Origin: Dehalococcoidales bacterium
GTDB taxonomy: Bacteria > Chloroflexota > Dehalococcoidia > Dehalococcoidales > GCA-2688105
Direction of reading: 5' to 3'
Length of the DNA: 42,167 nucleotides
NCBI GenBank assembly: GCA_002688105.1
Contig: NZBQ01000009.1
Location: forward strand, 21,389-63,555
The notes beneath the pieces were generated by a model. It saw only the letters and a program-made list of their open reading frames with translations. It had not been told where the DNA came from and did no database searches. The translations under genes and the position numbers were made by a program. Numbering within the stretch: position 1 is the stretch's first letter; every line of letters begins with the position of its first letter. Of this stretch, positions 1-8,389 are shown piece after piece.

Positions 1-1257
1 TGGAGGAGTTTCTTCCTTTGGCTCGACCGGCTTTTCAAAGCCGGGGAGAAGCTGCCCTTCAAGCCAGTCCGCCAGCTTGCCCTGCGTAAGGCTGAGAGGT
101 GGGTCACCGAGCACCAGGAAGCTGATGGGAGCTGGGGAGGTATTATGCTTCCCTGGGTATACTCGCTGATAGCTCTGAAATGCCTTGGCCACAACCTAGA
201 CCATCCAGTTATCGACAAGGGGTTAAAGGGGCTGGAAGACTTCATCATGGAAGATAGCGACGTGTTCCGCCTGCAGCCGGCCACCTCTCCAGTCTGGGAT
301 ACCGCCTGGGCGGTGATTGCGCTGGGCAAATCGGGCCTGCCAGCACACCATTCAGCACTGGTTAAAGCAGCCCGCTGGTTACTTGGACAGGAAATTCGCA
401 TTGGTGGTGACTGGCAGATCAAAAATTCCAAAGTCGAGCCTGGTTGCTGGGCCTTTGAGTTTGAGAACGACCTCTATCCTGATATTGATGATACCGCTGT
501 GGTGCTTGAAGCCTTGATGAAAGTGCGGCTCCCTGGTGGAGAAGACGCGGGCAAAACTGAAGCCATCAAAAGAGGCCGGCAGTGGGTAATAGCCATGCAG
601 AGCCATAACGGCGGATGGGCAGCTTTTGACCGGAACAACAACAAGAAAATGCTGGCATATATTCCTTTTGCCGATTTCATGACACCTCTTGACCCGACCA
701 GCCCTGACGTTACGGCTCATGCCGTTGAATTACTGGGAGAACCTAAAACCGATAGCTCTTCGCTCAAATTAGCGCTATCCTATCTGAAAAGGGAGCAGGA
801 ACCCGATGGAGCCTGGTACGGCCGCTGGGGTGTCAACTATATCTATGGTACCGGTTTGGTTCTTGATGCCCTGCAAGCAGCCAAAGAGGACACAACGCAA
901 AGCTATATCCGTCGGGCTGTTTCCTGGCTTAAATCTTGCCAGAACCAAGACGGGGGTTGGGGCGAAACCTGCCACACCTATGAAGACCCATTCTGCCGAG
1001 GCAAAGGTCCAAGCACGGCCTCTCAGACAGCCTGGGCGCTTTCGGGGCTGATTGCCGCCGGTGAACAGGTTAGTACGGCGGTCAAAAGAGGCATTAACTA
1101 TCTATTGAACTCCCAGAAAGACGACGGTTCGTGGCAAGAGGATGCCTATACCGGCACCGGATTTCCCGGAGCTTTCTACCTGAGATATGACCTGTATCGA
1201 ATCTATTTCCCGTTAATCGCCTTAGCCCAATACAGAGTCTTTTCGCAGGGGGTGTAA
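1..1257 (+). CDS. shc: Squalene-hopene cyclase, 5'-truncated by window edge
   Basis: Frame open from base 1 (WRSFFLWLDRLFK...QEADGSWGGI). DxDD motif YPDIDDTAVV, SPVWDTA, QW repeats (QNQDGGW, QKDDGSW), GRWGVNYIYGT, TGTGFP..FYL.Y..Y. Confidence 0.95.
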   Translation, partial: WRSFFLWLDRLFKAGEKLPFKPVRQLALRKAERWVTEHQEADGSWGGIMLPWVYSLIALKCLGHNLDHPVIDKGLKGLEDFIMEDSDVFRLQPATSPVWDTAWAVIALGKSGLPAHHSALVKAARWLLGQEIRIGGDWQIKNSKVEPGCWAFEFENDLYPDIDDTAVVLEALMKVRLPGGEDAGKTEAIKRGRQWVIAMQSHNGGWAAFDRNNNKKMLAYIPFADFMTPLDPTSPDVTAHAVELLGEPKTDSSSLKLALSYLKREQEPDGAWYGRWGVNYIYGTGLVLDALQAAKEDTTQSYIRRAVSWLKSCQNQDGGWGETCHTYEDPFCRGKGPSTASQTAWALSGLIAAGEQVSTAVKRGINYLLNSQKDDGSWQEDAYTGTGFPGAFYLRYDLYRIYFPLIALAQYRVFSQGV

Positions 1258-1258
1258 G

Positions 1259-2299
1259 GTGAAAGCAAGGTTGGAAAAGCAGTTTAACCCACTGATAGAC
1301 ACAAAAATGGACTGGAAATATTGCGAGGAAATTTTACCCAAGGTATCAAGGACGTTTGCTCTAAATATAGCTCAGCTAAAAGGGGATATCTATAAGGCAG
1401 TTTTGCTCGGCTATTTACTTTTCCGGATTGCCGATACCTTTGAGGACAATAACTTTCAGAATGAGACTCAGAAAATAACCGCGCTTCGTGACTACTCAGA
1501 GATTTTCAGGGGAAATAAAAACTTAAATGAAAGATTGAAGCTGTATGAATCGTTAAAATTTAGGTGGGAGGAAGAGTCACCGGATAAGAACCTCGTAGAA
1601 AATGGAGGTAGAGTTATAGGATGTTATTTTGACCTGCCCGATGTTTATCGAGAAATTGTCGCCCCTCATATTGCCCGGACATCGGAAGGCATGGCGAAGT
1701 TTCAAAAAAGAAAACTGGAAAGTAATTCAAAGGTATTTCAGCTTCAGAATGTAAAGGATTTGGAAGAATACTGTTATTACGTAGCCGGTATCGTTGGTGA
1801 GATGCTTACCCAGATTTTCTGTCAGCAGGAAGATATCTCAGCCTTAAAATCAGAGCTGGAAAAATATCAGACACAGTTTGGCTTAGCTTTGCAAGTTATT
1901 AATATTGTAAAAGATTACCAGAAAGATATAGAAAGGGGCTGGTATTATATTCCAGCGTCAATAACAGAAAAATACGGCATTACGCTTGACAAAGTGACTA
2001 ACCTATCTATTTTTCAGAAGAAGAGGATACTAAGTGAGCTAGCCCCGGTAATACTGGACTACTTTAATTCAACCCTGAAATATATAAAGACTATACCGGA
2101 AAGTGAACGGCCTATCCGGATGTTTTGCATAATACCATTTGTCCTCGCCTATAATACGTTGCTTAACATTACCCAAATGAAAGGTAATAAACTCCCAAGA
2201 GACCAAGTTACCACCATATTGGTCAAATGCGATTCTTTCGCTAGGTCAAATAACTTGTTGGAAAAAGACTATTTACAGATTTACTCTAAGTTGATTTAG
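1259..2299 (+). CDS. Squalene/phytoene synthase family, single-subunit squalene synthase type (alternative ATG at 1307)
   Basis: LPKVSRTFA, YLLFRIADTFED, YCYYVAGIVG, FGLALQVINIVKD motifs; starts 1 nt after the shc stop. Confidence 0.88.
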   Translation: MKARLEKQFNPLIDTKMDWKYCEEILPKVSRTFALNIAQLKGDIYKAVLLGYLLFRIADTFEDNNFQNETQKITALRDYSEIFRGNKNLNERLKLYESLKFRWEEESPDKNLVENGGRVIGCYFDLPDVYREIVAPHIARTSEGMAKFQKRKLESNSKVFQLQNVKDLEEYCYYVAGIVGEMLTQIFCQQEDISALKSELEKYQTQFGLALQVINIVKDYQKDIERGWYYIPASITEKYGITLDKVTNLSIFQKKRILSELAPVILDYFNSTLKYIKTIPESERPIRMFCIIPFVLAYNTLLNITQMKGNKLPRDQVTTILVKCDSFARSNNLLEKDYLQIYSKLI

Positions 2300-2387
2300 C
2301 CCTTTCTCCTTAGAGCTAGATTATGGGTATAGACGGGATAGGGAACAATAGGCAAATATTAAGGTACTCGTACCATTGGAGGAAGCA

Positions 2388-3386
2388 GTGAAGGCACTTA
2401 TTTTAGCCCCTTTTGACCCTTCAGCTTTGCGAAGGCTGAGAGAAGGGTTGGAGATTATGTATGAAAGCTGGCTGGATACCAGAAGACTGCTCTCCCCAGA
2501 AGAACTGATAGAACGTATTCAGCGTCATGACTTACAAATCGTGGTAGTTGAGGCCGATTTCATTTTTGATGAGGTTTTCGAGAGCACAAACAGCCTTCGC
2601 TTGGTGGGAGTCTGCCGTAACTCGGTGAACAATGTCGATGTAGAGGCGGCAACCAGGCACGGGGTCTCGGTGATTAACACTCCAGCCAGAAATGCTGTCT
2701 CTGTAGCCGAACTCACCGTCGGGTTGATGTTGTCCCTGGCACGCCATATCCCCAGCGCGCACTCAATTGTGCAATCAGGAAAGTGGCTCGACCCGGTAGA
2801 ACCTTATATCACGCTGCGTGGGGTAGAACTGGCGGGCAATGTAGCTGGCATAATTGGCCTCGGAGCCATCGGTTCCGAGGTAGCCAAAAGGCTTCGTGCC
2901 TTCGATATGGTTGTTCTAGTCTATGACCCCTATGTTAATCCAGAAAGGATAACCCAAGCTGGCGGCAAAAGAGTGGGCTTACCTGAGCTAATGAGAGAGT
3001 CCGACTTTATTACCATCCATTGCCCGGTATCGCCTGAGACCATAGGCTTGATAGGCGCCAATGAAGTTGGCCTGATGAAGCCTACGGCTTACCTGATAAA
3101 TACCGCGGGCTGGGAGGTGGTGGATGAGAAAGTGCTTCTCCAGGCTCTCGAGCAAAGGCGTATCGCTGGCGCCGCCTTTGACACTTATCAGACCCACCCG
3201 GTGTCGCCACAGAATCCGCTTTTACAATTAGATAATGCAATTCTGACACCTCATATAGGTGGTGCCACCGATGGCACAGTTAAACGGTACTCCCAAATGA
3301 TGGTTGAGGAAATAGAGAGATTTGTTGACGGCAAGCGGCCAAAAAATTTGGTCAACCCAGAGGTGTGGAAACAAAATGTCCGCTAA
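2388..3386 (+). CDS. D-isomer-specific 2-hydroxyacid dehydrogenase family (SerA-like), divergent active site
   Basis: NAVSVAE, GIIGLGAIG Rossmann motif, TPHIGG; GTG at 2388 follows GGAGG. Confidence 0.85.
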   Translation: MKALILAPFDPSALRRLREGLEIMYESWLDTRRLLSPEELIERIQRHDLQIVVVEADFIFDEVFESTNSLRLVGVCRNSVNNVDVEAATRHGVSVINTPARNAVSVAELTVGLMLSLARHIPSAHSIVQSGKWLDPVEPYITLRGVELAGNVAGIIGLGAIGSEVAKRLRAFDMVVLVYDPYVNPERITQAGGKRVGLPELMRESDFITIHCPVSPETIGLIGANEVGLMKPTAYLINTAGWEVVDEKVLLQALEQRRIAGAAFDTYQTHPVSPQNPLLQLDNAILTPHIGGATDGTVKRYSQMMVEEIERFVDGKRPKNLVNPEVWKQNVR

Positions 3387-4902
3387 CTATGTCCTGGCCA
3401 TAGATGCTGGCACCAGTAGCGTCCGTTGCCTTATCACCGACCTCAACGGACACCCGATCTCATTTTGCCGCAAGGAGTGGAGTTACCAGTCGCCGGCGGA
3501 GGTCAATCCTCTTGGCAGGGAGTTTGACCCTGACGAATTCTGGCACATAATTTGTGAGAGTATCAAGGGAGCTCTTAAGGACACCAGCGTAAGTGGCAAG
3601 GCTATAGTCGGCGTCAGTGCTACCAGTCAGAGAGAAGGTGTGGTATTTTTGGATAAAGAAGGCGGTGAACTGTATGCCAGTCCTAATATTGACCTCAGAG
3701 CACTAACCGAGGGAATCTCAATTGACTATGAGTTTGGTAGTGAGATCTACTCCATTACCGGGCATGCTCCCTCTTTCCTCTTTGTCCCCGCCAAGTTAAA
3801 ATGGTTTGAAAGAAATCAGCCGGAGACTTACAACAGAATCGCCACCGTTTTGACTATCAGCGACTGGATTATTTACAAGCTATCTGGCGAGCGAGTGAGC
3901 GAAGTCTGTGGAGCTAGCGAACTGGGATTAGTTGATATCCAAAGCCGCATATGGTCTGATAGGTTAAAGGAACTTTTATCTCTACCCGAGGCTATCTACC
4001 CGGCACTTGATCCAGCCGGGAGCCAAGTGGGAACAGTTACTCGTCAAGCTGCTGACGAGACCGACATCGCCGAAGGTACTTCAGTGGCTCAAGGAGCACC
4101 AGATACTCACTGTGCCTTAATTGGTCTGGGAATAAAAGATGGAGGTCAGGCGGGTGTTATCCTGGGATGGAGTGCACCGGTTCAGATAGCTACCGATAAG
4201 CCAGTATTTGACCCTGGGGCTAGAATCTGGACGGGTTGTCACCCGCTACGGGCAAGGTGGATTTTGGAAAGTAGCACCGGCGAAGCGGGAAACGCTTATC
4301 ACTGGCTCAAAGAAATGATTTTCGGTAAAGAAGCCTCCTCAAATGACGGGATTTATGAACTGATGGATGATATGGCATTGCAGGCCCCACCGGGAGCTGG
4401 AGAGGTCCTGGCGTATATTGGTCCCGCAATTATGGACATGAGCCATCTGGCAATAAAATTTGGCGGCTTCCTTTTCCCGGTGCCCCTAAGCGTCACTGGG
4501 GTAGAGCGTGCTCACTTGGTAAGGGCGTCACTGGAAAACCTTTCCTTTGCCATCAAGGCTAATTACCTTCAACTCGAGGCAATTTCAGCTTCGAAAATAG
4601 GGGAAGTTAAGATTGGTGGCAGCTTGGCTAAGAGTCGGTGTCTTGCCCAGATCCTCCCCAATGTGCTTGAGGTGCCGGTCCATATTCCCGAGACCACCGA
4701 AGTCTCAGGGCTGGGAGCTGCGGTGTGTGCCGCTGTTGGCTCGGGAAACTACTCCAGTTTGGAAGAAGGCATGGAAGCTATGAGACCCAAGTTTAGAGTT
4801 ATTGAACCTGATCGGCCCTCTGCTTCGGAATACGCCGAATATTACCAAAGGTGGATTACTACCGGTAAATGGCTCGAAAAACTAAGTGAGGGAATGAAGT
4901 GA
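3376..4902 (+). CDS. FGGY-family carbohydrate kinase, LsrK (AI-2 kinase)-like
   Basis: LAIDAGTSSVR, EFDP..FW, SATSQREG, NIDLRA; ATG at 3376 overlaps the upstream gene end. Confidence 0.85.
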   Translation: MSANYVLAIDAGTSSVRCLITDLNGHPISFCRKEWSYQSPAEVNPLGREFDPDEFWHIICESIKGALKDTSVSGKAIVGVSATSQREGVVFLDKEGGELYASPNIDLRALTEGISIDYEFGSEIYSITGHAPSFLFVPAKLKWFERNQPETYNRIATVLTISDWIIYKLSGERVSEVCGASELGLVDIQSRIWSDRLKELLSLPEAIYPALDPAGSQVGTVTRQAADETDIAEGTSVAQGAPDTHCALIGLGIKDGGQAGVILGWSAPVQIATDKPVFDPGARIWTGCHPLRARWILESSTGEAGNAYHWLKEMIFGKEASSNDGIYELMDDMALQAPPGAGEVLAYIGPAIMDMSHLAIKFGGFLFPVPLSVTGVERAHLVRASLENLSFAIKANYLQLEAISASKIGEVKIGGSLAKSRCLAQILPNVLEVPVHIPETTEVSGLGAAVCAAVGSGNYSSLEEGMEAMRPKFRVIEPDRPSASEYAEYYQRWITTGKWLEKLSEGMK

Positions 4903-5561
4903 GCAAGTGGCAAGAGGAAAAGAGGCTCGTGCTGGATACGAGTCGAAAAATGCTGGAGAAGGGCTTGGTGGTAGGCAAATCCGGAAATGTCAGTCTGCGC
5001 CTGCCACCTGATGGTGGTCGGGAACTGCTGGCAATTACTCCCAGCTCCCGATATTATGATTTACTCACCATCGACGAAATACAGGTAATTGACTTCGAAA
5101 CCGAACCGGTAGAAGGAGACCTAACTCCGTCAGCTGAGACAATGTTACACATTGGTATCTACCAAGCCAGGAAGAACATTAATACCGTAATTCACACTCA
5201 CTCAGTCTTCGCCAGTGTCCTCTCAGTTGCCGGTCTGGAAATTCCATCCATTCTGGATGACCAGGTGACGTTTATTGGAGGCGAGATAAAGCTGGCCAAG
5301 TACGCTCTTCCCGGCAGCCAGGAACTAGTTGCCAATGCCATTGACGCTCTAGGGCAGAGAAACGCAGTATTACTGCCCAATCATGGGGCAGTGGGTATTG
5401 GCCGAACCCTGCGTGAGGCTTTTACTATATGTGAGCTTGTGGAAAAGACGGCAAAGATTTACTTCTGTTCCTCGGTTTTGGGGAAGATCAACCCCCTACC
5501 GGCAGAGGCAGCCGAAGTCGCGGAAACATTCTTCACCATGCTCCAGAGTGGCGATGAGTGA
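4899..5561 (+). CDS. Class II aldolase/adducin family (L-fuculose-phosphate aldolase-like)
   Basis: SGNVSLR, ITPS, PSAETMLH, HTHS and LPNHG zinc ligands; GTGA overlap with the kinase stop. Confidence 0.9.
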   Translation: MSKWQEEKRLVLDTSRKMLEKGLVVGKSGNVSLRLPPDGGRELLAITPSSRYYDLLTIDEIQVIDFETEPVEGDLTPSAETMLHIGIYQARKNINTVIHTHSVFASVLSVAGLEIPSILDDQVTFIGGEIKLAKYALPGSQELVANAIDALGQRNAVLLPNHGAVGIGRTLREAFTICELVEKTAKIYFCSSVLGKINPLPAEAAEVAETFFTMLQSGDE

Positions 5562-5672
5562 TAAACGCGTTGCATTATAAATAATGTTATTGTAGTGCAT
5601 AATAAAATCCTTGATTACTTGTTAAGAGGGGATAGTTACCATAAATCATTAGCTCTAAAAGGAGGTATAAGG

Positions 5673-6044
5673 ATGATTAGTGTACCACCATTCCTGCTTA
5701 AACGGCTGTATGTCAAAGGGAGCTTGCGTAACAATGAGCAAGGTTTCCAGTTTGAATTGAAGAATACTCTGGGCGCTGGTTATGGCACTGAGCTCCTGCC
5801 GCTAATGCTGGACGGGAATGAACTGCCTAAAGAGAATTCGTATTTTGGCCTTGACTCGGAAGAAATCCCCTTTTCCGCCATAAGTAATGAGAGACCGTTC
5901 ACCCTGGTGATGAACAAAGTGATAACAATCTTGGTTAAAGGAATAACCCTGACTGAGGAGCCTCACAAGTTAGGCTTTAACTTTGTTGCTCAGGGTCTTG
6001 GTAAACTGGGCTTTGAGGTGACTGACGTGGTCACCAGCGCCTGA
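5673..6044 (+). CDS. Hypothetical protein resembling the N-terminal extension of some HMG-CoA reductases
   Basis: AAGGAGGT RBS before ATG 5673; LLKRLYVKGSLRN...FQFELKN pattern (recalled similarity). Confidence 0.6.
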   Translation: MISVPPFLLKRLYVKGSLRNNEQGFQFELKNTLGAGYGTELLPLMLDGNELPKENSYFGLDSEEIPFSAISNERPFTLVMNKVITILVKGITLTEEPHKLGFNFVAQGLGKLGFEVTDVVTSA

Positions 6045-6282
6045 CAAAACATTTGCCAACTAAGTAGCAGAAGCATCCGCACAAGCCTGACCGGTATGCC
6101 AGAGCTGTAACAAGGTCTATCACCATCAAAGACGAAGCACATATCCAACTTAGAGAACAGTTGCCTGAATAGTTCGAAGGCGACTTTGAGATAGCACTCC
6201 AGTTAGCCAGTGAACTTGACTTCCTATCCGAAAATGGCGATAATAAGGTTCGGCATCCTTCCTAAGTGGACAGCCAGAGCAC

Positions 6283-6357
6283 TCCCTGGTAGCTCAATGG
6301 TAGAGCGGGCGGCTGTTAACCGCTAGGTTGTAGGTTCGAGTCCTACCCGGGGAGCCA
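6283..6357 (+). tRNA. tRNA-Asn (GTT)
   Basis: Cloverleaf: acceptor TCCCTGG/CCGGGGA, D arm GCTC/GAGC, anticodon loop CTGTTAA, T loop TTCGAGT, encoded CCA. Confidence 0.97.
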
Positions 6358-6419
6358 ATTTTTCTCCATAATTACTAGAGCTAAAACTCACTACCACCAT
6401 AACCTTTCCTCCCCTTCTT

Positions 6420-6449
6420 TTGAGCGCAATTTAGAGGCTGTGATATAAT
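6420..6449 (+). promoter_or_regulatory. Sigma70-type promoter of prfA-prmC with very short leader
   Basis: TTGAGC-N18-TATAAT with TG extended -10, 11 nt before ATG. Confidence 0.6.
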
Positions 6450-6460
6450 ATTGAGGCAAT

Positions 6461-7543
6461 ATGGAAAAAATCATACAAGACCAATTGAAAAGAGTTGAGA
6501 AGCGTTCTCAGGAGCTGGACCACCAGCTAGCCACGCCTGAGATAACCTCCGACCTTGAACGACTGCAAGTCCTGGCTCAGGAGAAAGCCGGCCTGGAAGA
6601 ACTGGTAACCAGGTATCGGGAATATAAAGTTGTCTCCGGGTCACTAAAGGAAACCAGGGCAATGCTGGGTACTGGACTAGACGAAGACATGACGACTTTA
6701 GCCAGGCAAGAGATAGCCAGCCTTGAGTCACGCCTGGGCCAGCTACTTCAAGAGATAACACTCGCCCTACTGCCCAAGGATGCCAATGATGAAAGAGACA
6801 TCATCATGGAAATCAGAGCCGGGGCTGGTGGTGACGAAGCGGCTCTGTTTGCCGCTGACCTCTTCCGCATGTATAGTCGGTATGCCCAATCTAAAAGTTG
6901 TGGTATAGACATTATTGACCATAATGAAAGCGATATAGGCGGCTTCAAGGAAATCATTTTTGAAATAAAGGGTAAAGGTGCCTTCAGCCGACTCAAGCAT
7001 GAAAGGGGAGTCCACCGGGTGCAGCGAGTGCCCACCACCGAATCCTCGGGCAGAATTCACACCTCAACCGCCACGGTAGCCGTTCTCCCCGAAGCCAGTG
7101 AGGTAGAGGTATCAGTAAAACCCGACGACCTGAGAATTGACATCTTCCACAGTGGCGGCGCCGGAGGACAGCACGTCAATAAGGTAGCCACCGCTGTCCG
7201 TATCACCCATTTACCTACCGGTATCGTTACTACCTGCCAGGATGAACGCTCACAATTAAGAAACAAAAATAAGGCGATGTCAGTGCTCCGAGCCCGACTC
7301 CTGGATATAAAGCAGCGTAAACAGGACGATGAAATAACCTCTCAGCGCCGCTCCCAGGTGGGCACTGGCGACCGTGCCGAAAAGATACGAACCTATAATT
7401 TCCCTCAAGACCGGGTTACTGACCACCGCATCGGACACTCCCTCCGTAATCTGCCCCGAATCCTGGAAGGAGAGCTTGACGAACTCATTAATGCCCTAGC
7501 CGCCCACGACCAAGCCAAGCAGTTAGAAAAGCAACTGGCATGA
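6461..7543 (+). CDS. prfA: Peptide chain release factor 1
   Basis: EIRAGAGGDEA, HRVQRVPTTE (PxT), GGAGGQHVNK, IRTYNFPQDRVTDHR. Confidence 0.97.
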   Translation: MEKIIQDQLKRVEKRSQELDHQLATPEITSDLERLQVLAQEKAGLEELVTRYREYKVVSGSLKETRAMLGTGLDEDMTTLARQEIASLESRLGQLLQEITLALLPKDANDERDIIMEIRAGAGGDEAALFAADLFRMYSRYAQSKSCGIDIIDHNESDIGGFKEIIFEIKGKGAFSRLKHERGVHRVQRVPTTESSGRIHTSTATVAVLPEASEVEVSVKPDDLRIDIFHSGGAGGQHVNKVATAVRITHLPTGIVTTCQDERSQLRNKNKAMSVLRARLLDIKQRKQDDEITSQRRSQVGTGDRAEKIRTYNFPQDRVTDHRIGHSLRNLPRILEGELDELINALAAHDQAKQLEKQLA

Positions 7544-8382
7544 CTCTAAAACAGGCTATTCATCACGCCCGAGGTAGTCTGGCCGCTAAGAACATAGAAG
7601 ACGCCCTACTGGAGAGTGAGCTGCTGCTAAGACACGCACTGAAGATAAGCCAGACTCAATTATATATAGACTTCGACCGGGAATTAAGTCCCAAACAAGA
7701 GAAAACCTTCTGGAATCTGGTTAAACGCCGCCTTAAGGGTGAGCCCACCGCCTATATAATCGGGCATCGCGAGTTCTATGGGTATGATTTCCAGGTGAAC
7801 CATGATGTCCTCATCCCCCGACCGGAAAGCGAGTTGCTGGTAGAAAAGGCTATCCAGATAGCGCAAAATCGCTCAGGAGTTACTATCGCCGAAATTGGTA
7901 CTGGCTGCGGGGCTATCGCCATCAGCCTGGCACTAAACCTGCCAAAAGCTAAAATCTATGCTACCGATATATCAGCCCCGGCCCTCAAAGTAGCCCAAGC
8001 CAACTGCCAAAAACACGGAGTGACCGAGAGAGTTTGCCTCTTACCAGGGGATATGCTCGACCCCTTGCCTGAGCCGGTTGACCTGATAGTAGCCAATCTC
8101 CCTTATGTTGGGGAATCAGAATTGCCTATCCAGACTAGTTCTGAACCGCGGCTGGCATTAGATGGAGGCCCGGATGGGCTGGAAAAGATACGCCAGCTAG
8201 CCAGTCAACTAAATAGCAAACTTAACCCTGAGAGCTACCTGCTCCTGGAGATGGGACAGGGACAGGAAAAGGCGGTAACCACCACTTTATCCAGCCTCTT
8301 CCCCTCAGCTAAGATAGAGGTAACGCCAGACCTGGCTGGCATAGACCGCGTAGTAAGTCTCCACCTGACCCGACTGTCCTGA
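7540..8382 (+). CDS. prmC: Release factor glutamine methyltransferase
   Basis: GEPTAYI, VLIPRPESE, EIGTGCG, ANLPY, ALDGGPDG; ATGA overlap with prfA. Confidence 0.95.
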   Translation: MTLKQAIHHARGSLAAKNIEDALLESELLLRHALKISQTQLYIDFDRELSPKQEKTFWNLVKRRLKGEPTAYIIGHREFYGYDFQVNHDVLIPRPESELLVEKAIQIAQNRSGVTIAEIGTGCGAIAISLALNLPKAKIYATDISAPALKVAQANCQKHGVTERVCLLPGDMLDPLPEPVDLIVANLPYVGESELPIQTSSEPRLALDGGPDGLEKIRQLASQLNSKLNPESYLLLEMGQGQEKAVTTTLSSLFPSAKIEVTPDLAGIDRVVSLHLTRLS

Positions 8383-8389
8383 TGCCAAG

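Noticed and set aside
6068-6265. Protein-like frame beside tRNA-Asn with an internal TAG (QKHPHKPDRY...PE*FEGDFEIAL...)
   Set aside because: No start codon or RBS, no recognisable family and no evidence of recoding; at most a decayed fragment
6283-6357. tRNA as an integration site
   Set aside because: No duplicated tRNA 3' end and no integrase nearby
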